From positions 1 to 35,393 of the forward strand of contig CAXUNV010000001.1 of NCBI GenBank assembly GCA_964252355.1: DNA of 35,393 nucleotides. The letters are read 5' to 3'. A program made the position numbers and the translations under genes. The number at the start of each line of letters is the position of its first letter. Within the stretch, counting starts at the first letter, position 1. The notes beneath the pieces were generated by a model, which worked only from the letters and a program-made list of their open reading frames with translations, had not been told where the DNA came from and made no database searches. The DNA comes from an uncultured Chthoniobacterales bacterium (GTDB taxonomy: Bacteria; Verrucomicrobiota; Verrucomicrobiia; Chthoniobacterales; JAFAMB01). Of the stretch, positions 1 to 9,449 are shown piece by piece.

Positions 1-2761
1 ACCGGTCGACCTCCGCACCGCGGTCCCGGGTTCCGCCATCCAGGTAACAGGCGGGGACGTCGCGCGCGGCAAGTTCCGTACGCAGCAGTTTCAGCATCGT
101 CACAAATTGGCTGAAGACCAAAACGCGGTGTCCCCCGTCGATGGCTTCCTCCAACAGTTCGGCCCAAAGGTCCACTTTAGCCGAAGGCACCTTCTCCGCC
201 GGATCCAACAACCGCAAGTCGCAGCACGCTTGGCGCATCCGCAATAAGGCGGTGAGCACCGCCAAGCGCGCCGAGCCGGTGTCTTTCGCCCCAGCTTTCG
301 CCCACGTCTCGCGCCCGTGGCGATGAAGCTTCTCATAGAGCTCGCGCTGCGCACCCGTGAGCTCGCAAAAGGCGACTTGCTCGATCTTCTGCGGCAGTTC
401 GCGGACCACGTCGGTCTTGCGCCGCCGGAGCAGGATGGGACGTAGGCGTCGGGCGAGGCGGGCGCCCTCCCCCGGCGAACCCCGGCCGATGGGCAATTCG
501 TAGCGTTCGCGGAAATCTTCCCGGGTGCCAAGGTAGCCGGGCATGACAAAGTTGGCGATGGACCAAAGGTCCCGTACGGAGTTCTCGATGGGCGTTCCGG
601 TCAGTACGAAACGGTGACGGGCGCGCAGCGCGCCGGCCGCTTGCGCATTCTGCGTGTCCGGATTCTTGATGTGGGTGGCTTCATCCAAGATGATGGCGCC
701 GAAGCCGACGGAGCGATACTGGGCGGCGTCTCGCCGCAAAAGCGGGTAGCTGGTTAGGACCAAATCATGGTTCGCGAGGTGGTTGAATCGCGCGGCGCGG
801 TCCGGGCCAGCGATGGTCAGCAACCGCAGGTTTGGCGCGAAGCGGGCCGCTTCACGCTGCCAGTTGAAGACGAGGGAGGCGGGGCAGACCACGAGGGAAG
901 GGCCCGGCACCGTCGTCAGGAAGGCGAGGGCCTGGAGGGTTTTGCCGAGGCCCATCTCGTCGGCGAGGATGCCGCCAGCACCATTGCGGCGAAGCTCCTG
1001 CATCCACGCGACCCCGCGTTTTTGATAGTCGCGCAGGACCGCCGCGAGCGCAGGGTGATCTGCCGGCCGCAAGTCGCCGGCCTGGGCGCCCGGCTCAGCC
1101 GCCAAGCGTTCCCACGCCACGTCCCCTTGGACGCGCCCCCCCGGCAGCTCGCGAAAGCTCGCGTCAAGGAACGCCGCTTCGCGGCGGTGCACCCGGAAAC
1201 GCCCGGGTCGCACTTGGTTGCCCTGACACTCGGCCAAGACCGCTTCAATCTCGCTCAGGGTGTCGCCGTTGAAAACCGCCGTGCGTCCATCTTTCGCCTT
1301 GGCTGAAGTCCGACCCGAGCGGAGGAGCCGTTGCACGTCGGCGGCCGAGAAGCGGTCGCCTGAGCTTGACTCCAGCGTGTAAGAAAACTCGAACCAATCT
1401 TCGCCCGAACTGAGCACCTCCAAACGTGGTGAGACCCGGTCCAAGTCTCGGCTGACGTGCGCAAACCGGCTGCCCACCGAAACTTCCCAGCGGGACTGCC
1501 AGCGGGGCAGGTCGCGCGCGAAGAAATCCAGGATCAAGCGTTCGCCGCGCAGCACAAACTCACCCTGAGCTGAGGGCCCACGAAAGCCGGCCGCTTCGAC
1601 CTCGTCGGCGCACCGTTTCTCTAACGCGGCGTTGCGGGTGCGCGGTCCGTCCGGCGTGGGGTAGACGAAAAAGTCGCTGGCGGGCGTCACCCCCCAACTG
1701 ACGATGCGTTTGCCGTAACGGAATTGCAGTCTGACCGCGAGGTGATTGAGCGAGCCCTCCACCGTGGCGATCACGTCTGGCCGGCCGGGCTCGGCTGCAC
1801 GTACGGGCAGGACGTTGGGCACTTGGAAGTGGGCGGCTAAACCGGGCAATTCACGGGCCGCAAACGACCCTGCTTGCTCCGCGGACAAACGCACCGGGGC
1901 GTTCAGCACAGGGAGGTACGCCGGAGACAAACCCGGCGCGACCGGCGCGAACCGCCGGTCCCCGTACCACCATGCGGCGCGCCCGCCGACCAGAAGGTTG
2001 CCGGACGGTATTTGGGCGGCGAGGGTCAACGCGCCGTCCGGCTCGTGGCGCATGGTCAGTTCGGGCCGCAGCGCCTGTTCTGCGACGGTGACGACCAAGC
2101 CTCGCCCGAGCGTCAAACGCGCAAAGCCCCTCAGGACGTCGAGGGCCTCCAAAAAGTCGTCGCGCGCGAGCGAGACCATGCCGGGCAACCCACCGTCGGC
2201 GAACCGGCGCACGGCTGCCAGCACGCGGGCGTCGCCTTCCGACGCACGGAACTTGCCGGAAGCCGGCAAGGCGCTTGCCAGCACGCGGCGACCCTCGCAA
2301 TGGGCTTCAAACCCTAAGGTGACCGCGCCCCGCTCCCAAGCCGAAAGGAAGTTGGGCGGCAGCACCACAGACAACTCCAGCAGTGGTCCGGGTCCGTCCG
2401 TGGTGATGAGCGGACCACTCTCGACCGGCGCTGGCTTCGACGCTCCTGACACGGCCCGCGGCGTGGGCGGAGTGATCGTCGGGGCGAGCCACCGCAGGCC
2501 GACGGCAAGGGAGTGCGCGCAGATAACCCCAAAGTTTTGGGAGGCGCGGCAAGAACAGAGGTTTTCGACATCCGTCGCGGTCCGGATCTTAAGCCCGCAA
2601 CGGTACTCCGTTTCGCCCTCGCGGACCCGGCCCTGCAGCAGCGGCGCTCGGTACTCCGCGGCGCTGACGCGACCCATCTGCACCAGGGCACGCGCTTGCT
2701 TCATCGCCTGCCAACCGCCCGCATCCATCAACAACCGTTCGGTGATCGCCACGTCCGCCAT
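1..2761 (-). CDS. SWIM zinc-finger + SNF2-family helicase (3' end beyond window)
   Basis: Hand translation from ATG at 2761 gives MADVAITERLL...LCSCRASQNFGVICAH (SWIM CxCx9CxH). The same frame contains GILADEMGLGKT, IILDEATHIKN and LTGTPIENS. Absent from the ORF track because the stop lies outside the window. Confidence 0.93.
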   Translation of the reverse strand, partial: MADVAITERLLMDAGGWQAMKQARALVQMGRVSAAEYRAPLLQGRVREGETEYRCGLKIRTATDVENLCSCRASQNFGVICAHSLAVGLRWLAPTITPPTPRAVSGASKPAPVESGPLITTDGPGPLLELSVVLPPNFLSAWERGAVTLGFEAHCEGRRVLASALPASGKFRASEGDARVLAAVRRFADGGLPGMVSLARDDFLEALDVLRGFARLTLGRGLVVTVAEQALRPELTMRHEPDGALTLAAQIPSGNLLVGGRAAWWYGDRRFAPVAPGLSPAYLPVLNAPVRLSAEQAGSFAARELPGLAAHFQVPNVLPVRAAEPGRPDVIATVEGSLNHLAVRLQFRYGKRIVSWGVTPASDFFVYPTPDGPRTRNAALEKRCADEVEAAGFRGPSAQGEFVLRGERLILDFFARDLPRWQSRWEVSVGSRFAHVSRDLDRVSPRLEVLSSGEDWFEFSYTLESSSGDRFSAADVQRLLRSGRTSAKAKDGRTAVFNGDTLSEIEAVLAECQGNQVRPGRFRVHRREAAFLDASFRELPGGRVQGDVAWERLAAEPGAQAGDLRPADHPALAAVLRDYQKRGVAWMQELRRNGAGGILADEMGLGKTLQALAFLTTVPGPSLVVCPASLVFNWQREAARFAPNLRLLTIAGPDRAARFNHLANHDLVLTSYPLLRRDAAQYRSVGFGAIILDEATHIKNPDTQNAQAAGALRARHRFVLTGTPIENSVRDLWSIANFVMPGYLGTREDFRERYELPIGRGSPGEGARLARRLRPILLRRRKTDVVRELPQKIEQVAFCELTGAQRELYEKLHRHGRETWAKAGAKDTGSARLAVLTALLRMRQACCDLRLLDPAEKVPSAKVDLWAELLEEAIDGGHRVLVFSQFVTMLKLLRTELAARDVPACYLDGGTRDRGAEVDR

Positions 2762-2814
2762 ACCGGGATGGGCAATCACGCGGCGAATGCCGCGGAATGC
2801 AAGGCGGGGAGAAA

Positions 2815-2947
2815 GAGAATTGTCTCAATGGCAACAATTGTATGAATTGTACTGAGCAAGCTCCGGCATGGTTCGTGCGAACGGCATCGCTTCGCCAGTT
2901 CTCGGACCGATACAATTGATGCAATTGGTCCAATCGGTGCCATTGTC
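2815..2947. repeat. Inverted pair of 4 x 9-bp CAATTG-type arrays in the SNF2/parA divergent spacer
   Basis: Left units GAATTGTCT/CAATGGCAA/CAATTGTAT/GAATTGTAC; right units CAATTGATG/CAATTGGTC/CAATCGGTG/CCATTGTCC. 2815-2851 matches the reverse complement of 2911-2947 at 26/37. Confidence 0.75.
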
Positions 2948-2955
2948 CGCCCGGC

Positions 2956-3756
2956 ATGAAGCTGCTTGCCATCGCCAACCAGAAAGGGGGTGTGGGAAAG
3001 ACGACCACCGCCGTCAACTTGGCCGTCTGTCTGGCGGAGAAAGGCAAACGCGTGTTGCTCATCGACTTGGACCCGCAAGGCAATGCCACGAGCGCACTTG
3101 GCGTGGAGGGAGCGGCAGGCAACAGCCTATACGAACCGCTGATCGGCGAGGCCAGCGTTGCTTCTAAAGTCATGGCTACCCGCAACGACCGGCTCTCGAT
3201 CATCCCGGCCGATCTTGATTTGGCGGGCGCGGAAATTGAAGTCGCTCGCCTGGAGGATCACCTCACCCGGTTGCGCAAGGTGCTGGCGGCGTTCGTACGG
3301 TCGGCACCTTACGACTACGGCCTCCTCGATTGCCCGCCTTCACTGGGCATCCTCATGACCAACGCCCTCGCGGCGGCGGATGCGCTCCTCATCCCTCTCC
3401 AATGCGAGTACTTCGCCTTGGAGGGGCTTTCTAAGATCGTAGGCATCGTGGAACAAATCCGGGGCGTGAACCCGCACCTCACCGTGGGAGGGATCGTCAT
3501 GACGATGTACGACGCGCGCACGAACCTCAGCCAGCAGGTGGTCGATGAAGTCCGGCAACATTTCGCCGCGTTTGTTTACCAGACGATCATCCCACGCTCG
3601 GTACGCCTGGGCGAAGCGCCGAGTTTTGGGCGGCCGATCATCGAGTACGAGCCGCACGGGGTGGGCGCAACGGCTTACCGGGCGCTGGCGTTGGAGTTCC
3701 TGCAGCGGGAACGGGGAACGATTAAATTCGTGACGCCGCCCGCGCCGGGCAAGTGA
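2956..3756 (+). CDS. parA: ParA/Soj family ATPase
   Basis: Deviant Walker A NQKGGVGKTTT, IDLDPQGNAT, DCPPSLG, PLQCEYFALEGL, IPRSVRLGEAPSFG. Confidence 0.96.
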   Translation: MKLLAIANQKGGVGKTTTAVNLAVCLAEKGKRVLLIDLDPQGNATSALGVEGAAGNSLYEPLIGEASVASKVMATRNDRLSIIPADLDLAGAEIEVARLEDHLTRLRKVLAAFVRSAPYDYGLLDCPPSLGILMTNALAAADALLIPLQCEYFALEGLSKIVGIVEQIRGVNPHLTVGGIVMTMYDARTNLSQQVVDEVRQHFAAFVYQTIIPRSVRLGEAPSFGRPIIEYEPHGVGATAYRALALEFLQRERGTIKFVTPPAPGK

Positions 3757-3829
3757 GGAGAGGGACCCTCGGGGGCCGCACGTCGGCGCGCGTCGACCGT
3801 CGAACATCCCTCATCACGACGGATTGTGA

Positions 3830-3858
3830 TTGACCCTACTAACCTGGTAGGGCATCCT
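3830..3858 (+). promoter_or_regulatory. Putative promoter with overlapping dyad operator
   Basis: TTGACC (3830-3835), 17 nt spacer, CATCCT (3853-3858), ATG at 3866. The dyad CCCTAC-N7-GTAGGG occupies 3834-3852. Confidence 0.4.
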
Positions 3859-3865
3859 GCGGTCC

Positions 3866-4456
3866 ATGAGCGCCCCGGTTGCCGACCGATTGGTCACTCC
3901 GCTGCTGTCCGCAACCGCGTCGCCGGACGTCGCCAACGACGGCGCAGTCCGGGGTCGGGTCAGCGCGGCTGAGCCTGAGCGGTTCGTCAACGAAGTCACC
4001 CCAGCGCCCCGGACCGACCCGGCGGGTTACCGCTTGACGGTGGCCGGCTTGGTGAGCCGCACTTGGCAGTTCTCGTTGAGCGACCTGCGCCTGCTCTTTG
4101 CGGACCAAGCGGCACCCGACGCCTCCGGTGAGGAAAGCGCCTTTCAGGGGTGCCATCTTGAGGACGTCTTGGGATTCGTTGGGGTGAGTCAGCCCGCGGC
4201 GTACCTGGAGCTGATCGGGGTGCAGGGCCCGGGTGGGGAAAGCTCGCACGAGCCTGCCGTGGGTTTCCTGCCGCTGCGGGATTTGCAGGCGGATCAACCG
4301 ATCTTGCTTGCCTGGGCGAAGGGCGGGCGAGCGTTGGGCAGTGGCGAGGGTGCGCCGCTGACGGCGGTTGTGCCTGAGGGCGGCTCGCCGCGCCTGATCC
4401 GTGGGCTCCACCGGGTGAACCTGTTGGTTTTGCCGCCGCTCTGGGCGGTGCGTTGA
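3866..4456 (+). CDS. Degenerate molybdopterin-binding (sulfite oxidase/MsrP-like) domain protein
   Basis: YRLTVAGLV..FSLSDL, FQG..LEDVL..VGV and ILLAW..GGRAL...EGAPL..VVP follow the Oxidored_molyb pattern, but the Mo-ligating Cys segment is missing. Confidence 0.6.
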   Translation: MSAPVADRLVTPLLSATASPDVANDGAVRGRVSAAEPERFVNEVTPAPRTDPAGYRLTVAGLVSRTWQFSLSDLRLLFADQAAPDASGEESAFQGCHLEDVLGFVGVSQPAAYLELIGVQGPGGESSHEPAVGFLPLRDLQADQPILLAWAKGGRALGSGEGAPLTAVVPEGGSPRLIRGLHRVNLLVLPPLWAVR

Positions 4457-4608
4457 ACGAGCGCCGTACCCAACGTGCGGGAATGGGTGCGGGTCCCCTA
4501 AAGCACGCCGGCGAGTCTTTACGTCCTCCGGCACTCGGGCCTCCGCCGACGATGCACGCCAGTCGATCTCAGACGGTCAGCCGCCGGACCACCGCTGAGC
4601 CTTGATGG

Positions 4609-4810
4609 TTAAGCCCATGGGTTGTCCCTGCCGAAGCCCCAGACGTAGCTTTCGGCGTCGCACGCATCGTGGCCTCTTCCGGGATAATCCTCATGGTCGT
4701 GCGGCTCGGTGACCATTTCCGCACCCGCGGCCTTCGCTCGAGCGCGGTGCGCATCGGGGTCGGGCAGGTAGATGTAGATCGGCATAGTGTTGCCGCCCGC
4801 TTCGGCGCGT
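4609..4810 (-). pseudogene. C-terminal fragment of a VOC/glyoxalase (bleomycin-resistance-like) protein
   Basis: AGGNTMPIYIYLPDPDAHRARAKAAGAEMVTEPHD..YPGRG..A.D.E.YVW.FG..NPW resembles the second VOC module. No N-terminal module is visible. Confidence 0.6.
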
Positions 4811-4898
4811 GCTCCCCTGGCGCAAGCGGGGGGCGGCCTGCGTCCTGCGGCCATTTTCGCACTTCGGCTTTCGGTGCGTGCCTGCTAACGTCCGCGCC

Positions 4899-6059
4899 AT
4901 GTTGTACGGTACCTTGTTCCTCAGCGTTGCCTCGGCTGCGCTGCTCACCGCGACCGCCGCGGCTGCCCCCTTCCGGGCTGCCTGGGTCGCCTCGGTTTAC
5001 AACCTCAATTTTCCGTCCCGCGCCGGATTGCCTGCGGAGACCCAGCGCGGGCAGATCCGTGCGATTGTTGCCGGCGCCGAACGCGCCGGACTCAACGCGC
5101 TGCTGGTGCAAGTGCGCCCGGAAGGTGACGCCCTCTACGAATCCCACCTCGAGCCTTGGAGCCGTTATCTCACCGGGGTGCAGGGAGGTGACCCGGGGTA
5201 CGATCCGCTGGCAGAGTTCATCCGGGAAGGCGCGCGACACGGGATTGCCATCCACGCCTGGATCAATCCATACCGTGCGGCCGCCAACGCCGGGGCGCCG
5301 CGCTCCCCCCTTCATGAAACGAGCCGGTTGTCGAGCAGTGTGCGCCGGGTGGGTGGGGCGCTCTGGCTGGATCCGGGCGATGCAGCGGTCCGTTTGCACC
5401 TGACGCAAGTCGTTCGTGACCTGATCCGGAAATACGAGCTCGCGGGCGTGGTCCTCGACGACTATTTCTATCCGTACCCCGGCAAGGGGTACGCGCGAGG
5501 GTCGTTTCCTGATCGCGTCACCTACGCGCGTTACCAAACGGGCGGCGGCGGGCTAAGCCTCGACGCTTGGCGACGGCAGAACGTGGACGACCTCATCGAA
5601 GGGCTACGCGCCGCGGTGAAATCGGTGCGGCCAAACGCCCTCTTCGGGGTGAGCCCGTTCGGGATTTACACGCACGGCCAACCGGCGGACGTGACGGCGG
5701 ACTTGGATCAATACCACGACTTGTACGCGGACCCGGTGAAATGGTTGAAGGAAGGCTGGGTCGACTACCTGTCGCCACAACTCTATTGGCGCGACGGCAG
5801 TGCCCAGAGTTACTCCTCGCTCCTGCGCTGGTGGCGCAGCCCGGAAGTGAACCCGCACGGGGTCCCCATTTACCCAAGCATCGCCCTGGAGCGGCTCGGG
5901 CCGGGGTACGGCTGGCCGGCGGCTGAGATCGAACGCCAGCTCCGCCTCGAGCAGACGATCGGGCCGCGCGCGGCGGGTGGGTTTGTGCTCTGGAACGTCG
6001 GCCCCCTCTTGCAGAACCAGAAAGGGGTGGCGACGATCGTGGCCGGCACGCGAGGGTAA
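4899..6059 (+). CDS. Exported glycoside hydrolase-like family 10 (YddW/DigH-like)
   Basis: Signal-like N-terminus; motifs FRAAWVASVYNLNFP, QVRPEGDALY, HAWINPYR, DDYFYP, DYLSPQLYW. Start moved to ATG 4899. Confidence 0.88.
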   Translation: MLYGTLFLSVASAALLTATAAAAPFRAAWVASVYNLNFPSRAGLPAETQRGQIRAIVAGAERAGLNALLVQVRPEGDALYESHLEPWSRYLTGVQGGDPGYDPLAEFIREGARHGIAIHAWINPYRAAANAGAPRSPLHETSRLSSSVRRVGGALWLDPGDAAVRLHLTQVVRDLIRKYELAGVVLDDYFYPYPGKGYARGSFPDRVTYARYQTGGGGLSLDAWRRQNVDDLIEGLRAAVKSVRPNALFGVSPFGIYTHGQPADVTADLDQYHDLYADPVKWLKEGWVDYLSPQLYWRDGSAQSYSSLLRWWRSPEVNPHGVPIYPSIALERLGPGYGWPAAEIERQLRLEQTIGPRAAGGFVLWNVGPLLQNQKGVATIVAGTRG

Positions 6060-6106
6060 GCGCGCTCCGCGCGGTTCCCGGCGAAGGCAACCATGGCGAA
6101 AAGACG

Positions 6107-6293
6107 CCGGTAGGGCGAAGACCCAACCTGCAACTAGGGCAACTGTCTTATGCGATGCCTGCAGGTTGGTCTGAGCCGGCACGAAAAAACCCTGAAAGCG
6201 TCCTGAGATCGATCCAGCCTGGCACCCTCCGCCCGCCAAACCTTTGCCCTGAATGGCTGCCCGCCTCTGGCGGCCGGGTCTTCGCCCCACCGG
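6107..6293. repeat. REPIN/MITE-like element, copy 1
   Basis: Terminal inverted repeats 6107-6128 and 6272-6293 (19/22). Internal perfect 10-bp stem 6123-6132/6160-6169. Homologous to 21536-21785. Confidence 0.8.
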
Positions 6294-6370
6294 GTCACCC
6301 GCAAGTTCGCGCCCGGTCCCTCCCGCTGGAAGCCACTCGCTCCGACCCGCTCCCCGTGCCATGGAAAGGC

Positions 6371-7369
6371 ATGGACTACGTAAAGCTCGGATCGACTGGC
6401 GTGAAGGTTTCGCGCCTCTGCTTGGGCTGCATGAGTTACGGCTCGAGCAAGTGGCGCGACTGGGTGCTCGACGAGGAGGCGTCGCTCCCGTTCTTTCGCC
6501 AAGCGTGGGAGGGCGGCATCAACTTCTTCGACACGGCGGACATGTACTCAGAGGGCGCCAGCGAGGAGGTGACCGGGCGCGCGTTGAAAGCCCTGGGCAT
6601 TCGGCGCGAGGAGGTGGTGATCGCCACGAAGGTTTTCAACCCGATGGGTTCGTCGCCGAACGAGCGCGGCACGTCCAAAAAACACGTGATGCACGCCATC
6701 GATGCGAGCCTACGCCGTCTCGGGGTGGATTACGTCGACCTTTACCAGATCCACCGTCACGACGACGAGACCCCGATGGAGGAGACGCTGGAAGCCTTGG
6801 CGGAGGTGGTGCAGGCGGGCAAGGCCCTCTACTTGGGTGCCTCGAGCATGCACGCCTGGCAATTCGCCAAATACCTTTACCTGGCAGATCGCTTGGGCTT
6901 GCCGCGTTTTGCGTCCATGCAGGACCACTACAACCTCGTGTACCGGGAGGAGGAACGCGAGATGATCCCACTTTGCCTTGAGGAAGGCGTCGGGTTGATC
7001 CCTTGGAGCCCGTTGGCGCGAGGATTCCTCGCAGGCAACCGGCAGCGCGCGCAAGGTGTGACCACGCGGGGCAAATCGGACGACTTTTCCCGTCATATGT
7101 ATGATCAAGAAGCGGACTTTGCCGTGGTCGACCGGGTGACCGAGATCGCGAAACGGCGCGGTGCGACCAACGCTCAAGTGGCCCTCGCATGGATGCTGGG
7201 CAAGCCGGGGATCACCGCGCCGATCATCGGCGCGACCAAACCGCACCACCTGGAAGACGCGCTGAAGGCGCTCGACCTACGGCTTGAACCGTCGGACGTC
7301 GATGCCTTGGAGGCGCCGTACGTCCCGCACCCGGTGCTGGGCCTTTCGGGACCGACGCCTAAGAAGTAG
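6371..7369 (+). CDS. Aldo/keto reductase
   Basis: LCLGCMSYG, FFDTADMYS, IATK, SLRRLGVDYVDLYQIH, PWSPLARG. ATG 6371 is preceded by GGAAAGG. Confidence 0.95.
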   Translation: MDYVKLGSTGVKVSRLCLGCMSYGSSKWRDWVLDEEASLPFFRQAWEGGINFFDTADMYSEGASEEVTGRALKALGIRREEVVIATKVFNPMGSSPNERGTSKKHVMHAIDASLRRLGVDYVDLYQIHRHDDETPMEETLEALAEVVQAGKALYLGASSMHAWQFAKYLYLADRLGLPRFASMQDHYNLVYREEEREMIPLCLEEGVGLIPWSPLARGFLAGNRQRAQGVTTRGKSDDFSRHMYDQEADFAVVDRVTEIAKRRGATNAQVALAWMLGKPGITAPIIGATKPHHLEDALKALDLRLEPSDVDALEAPYVPHPVLGLSGPTPKK

Positions 7370-7463
7370 GAGGTACATCCGCTCGGTCGGCGGCCGCGGC
7401 ACCGCCGGTATGCCGGTCTAACGGAACGTTAGCTTTTCCCCGCTTCCGCTCGGTCCCGCTCGG

Positions 7464-8444
7464 TTAAATCTCCCCGACGCGGATGCAGGCCGCGCGGCGG
7501 CTAGGCATTTTCTCCTCCAGGGCCGGGATGATCTCCTTACACTTTTCCTTTACGTAAGGGCAGCGCGGATGAAAGACGCAGCCTGCAGGCGGGTTCAGCG
7601 GCGATGGGGGATCGCCTTGCAGGATGATGCGTTGTCGCGTCCGTTCCCTTTCGGGATCGGGAATGGGCACCGCGCTGACCAGCGCGCGCGTGTAAGGGTG
7701 GAGCGGGTTTTCCACGACCTCGGCCGCGGGACCGATCTCCACCAACCGACCGAGGTACATCACCGCGATGCGGTGCGAAATGTATTTCACGACCGAGATG
7801 TCGTGGGAGATGAAGATCATCGTCAGCTCGCGCTCGCGGCAGAGGCGCAGGATGAGGTTGATGATCTGCGATTGGATGGAGACGTCCAACGCTGAGACAG
7901 GTTCGTCGGCGATGAGCAGCTTCGGCTCCGGCGCCAGCGCGCGGGCGATGGCGATGCGTTGCCGTTGGCCGCCGGAGAATTCATGCGGGTAACGCCGCAT
8001 CTGGTGGGCGGACAACCCGACCGTCTTCATCAACTCCCCCACCCGCGCCAACAACTCCGCCTTCCGTAACCTGCCACGGGTCTGGATGGCTTCCGCCAGC
8101 GTGTCGTAGACCGTCATACGCGGGTTGAGCGACGCGTACGGGTCTTGGAAAATCATCTGGAAGTTGACCCGCTCCGCCCGGACCCGGCGACTGTCTAGCC
8201 CGGACAGGCTGCGTCCTTCCAAAAGGACGTCGCCCGCGGTGTGGCGGACCAGCTGCATGACCGTCCGCGCCAGGGTGGACTTGCCGCAACCAGACTCGCC
8301 CACCAAGCCGAGGATTTCGCCCTTCCGCAGGGCCAACTCGATTCCGTCCACAGCTTTGACTGCGCCTGCCGGCTTCCGGATGACGGTGCCTCGGAAGAGG
8401 GGAAAATGGGTCTTGAGCCCGCGGAGTTCCAGGAAGGAGTTCAT
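7464..8444 (-). CDS. oppF: Oligopeptide ABC transporter ATP-binding protein
   Basis: GESGCGKS, FQDPYASLNP, FSGGQRQR, C-terminal HPY...GCVFHPRC domain. Confidence 0.94.
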   Translation of the reverse strand: MNSFLELRGLKTHFPLFRGTVIRKPAGAVKAVDGIELALRKGEILGLVGESGCGKSTLARTVMQLVRHTAGDVLLEGRSLSGLDSRRVRAERVNFQMIFQDPYASLNPRMTVYDTLAEAIQTRGRLRKAELLARVGELMKTVGLSAHQMRRYPHEFSGGQRQRIAIARALAPEPKLLIADEPVSALDVSIQSQIINLILRLCRERELTMIFISHDISVVKYISHRIAVMYLGRLVEIGPAAEVVENPLHPYTRALVSAVPIPDPERERTRQRIILQGDPPSPLNPPAGCVFHPRCPYVKEKCKEIIPALEEKMPSRRAACIRVGEI

Positions 8445-9439
8445 GCGCCGACAGGGGTACGCAGGTCGTGCAATTCACCCCCTTGATAGCGCACGCAGGC
8501 GGTGGAGTGCGCGGCCGCGAGTTCCTGCAGCCGGACGGGTTCGGTGCACTTGGGTTCCGCGAACGCGCACCGCGGGTTGAACGGGCAACCCGGCGGCGGC
8601 GTGACCAGGTTGGGCGGCATGCCGGGAATGCTGAAGAGCGGTTTACCCTTCTCGTGGAGCGCGGGAATCGATTGTTGCAGGGCCGCGTTGTACGGGTGCA
8701 TGGGGTGACGAAAGATCTCCGCAGTCGGCGCCGACTCGACGATCCGCCCGGCGTACATCACGTTGACGTGTTGGCAGAACGACGCCACCACCCCGAGGTC
8801 GTGGGTGATGAAGATCACCGCGGTACCCAAATCGCGCTGGCGCCGCTTGATCAGCTCTAAGATCTGGGCCTGCACGGTGACGTCCAGCGCGGTCGTCGGT
8901 TCGTCGGCGATGAGCAGCTCCGGCCGGCTGATCAGGGCCATTGCGATCATCACGCGTTGGCGCATCCCGCCCGAGAATTCGTGCGGGTAAAAATGGACGC
9001 GTCGACCGGCGTCTTGGATGCCGACTTCTTCCAGACTGACGACGGCTTGGTCGAGCGCGCGGCGCCGGCTGATGCGCTCGTGCACCCGCAATGGCTCGAT
9101 CAGCTGCTCCGAAATCCGCAGGTAAGGATTGAGCGACGTCATCGGGTCCTGAAATATCATGGAGATCCGTTTGCCCCGGATCTGTCGCAACGCCTCGCCT
9201 TGGCATCGCAGCAGGTCCACGCCGCCGAAGCGCGCGCTCCCGCCCACGATCCGGCCGGGCGGTTGCGGGACGAGCCCAAGCAGGGAGTAACCGGTGACCG
9301 ATTTGCCGGAGCCCGATTCACCGACGATGCCCAGGGTTTCGCCCGCTTCGAGCGCGAAGGACACGTCGTCCACGGCCCGCACGACGCCGGCCCGCGTGTA
9401 GAAATAGGCTTTGAGGTTTTCGACGCTCAACAGCGGCAT
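8441..9439 (-). CDS. oppD: Oligopeptide ABC transporter ATP-binding protein
   Basis: [36 protein letters not shown]. Start MPLLSVENL at 9439; 4-nt overlap with oppF. Confidence 0.94.
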   Translation of the reverse strand: MPLLSVENLKAYFYTRAGVVRAVDDVSFALEAGETLGIVGESGSGKSVTGYSLLGLVPQPPGRIVGGSARFGGVDLLRCQGEALRQIRGKRISMIFQDPMTSLNPYLRISEQLIEPLRVHERISRRRALDQAVVSLEEVGIQDAGRRVHFYPHEFSGGMRQRVMIAMALISRPELLIADEPTTALDVTVQAQILELIKRRQRDLGTAVIFITHDLGVVASFCQHVNVMYAGRIVESAPTAEIFRHPMHPYNAALQQSIPALHEKGKPLFSIPGMPPNLVTPPPGCPFNPRCAFAEPKCTEPVRLQELAAAHSTACVRYQGGELHDLRTPVGA

Positions 9440-9449
9440 AACGGCGAGG

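Noticed and set aside
1-2761. SNF2 helicase as part of a defence system
   Set aside because: SWIM-SNF2 type with no methylase or nuclease neighbours visible; the downstream context is outside the window.
100-2855. Multiple track ORFs (e.g. 767-1306 +, 1746-2855 +)
   Set aside because: Shadow frames of the SWIM-SNF2 gene; low-complexity Arg/Ala/Pro translations.
7418-7438. CTAAC-GGAAC-GTTAG-CTTTT hairpin as a terminator
   Set aside because: The stem is only 5 bp and AT-rich; too weak to call.
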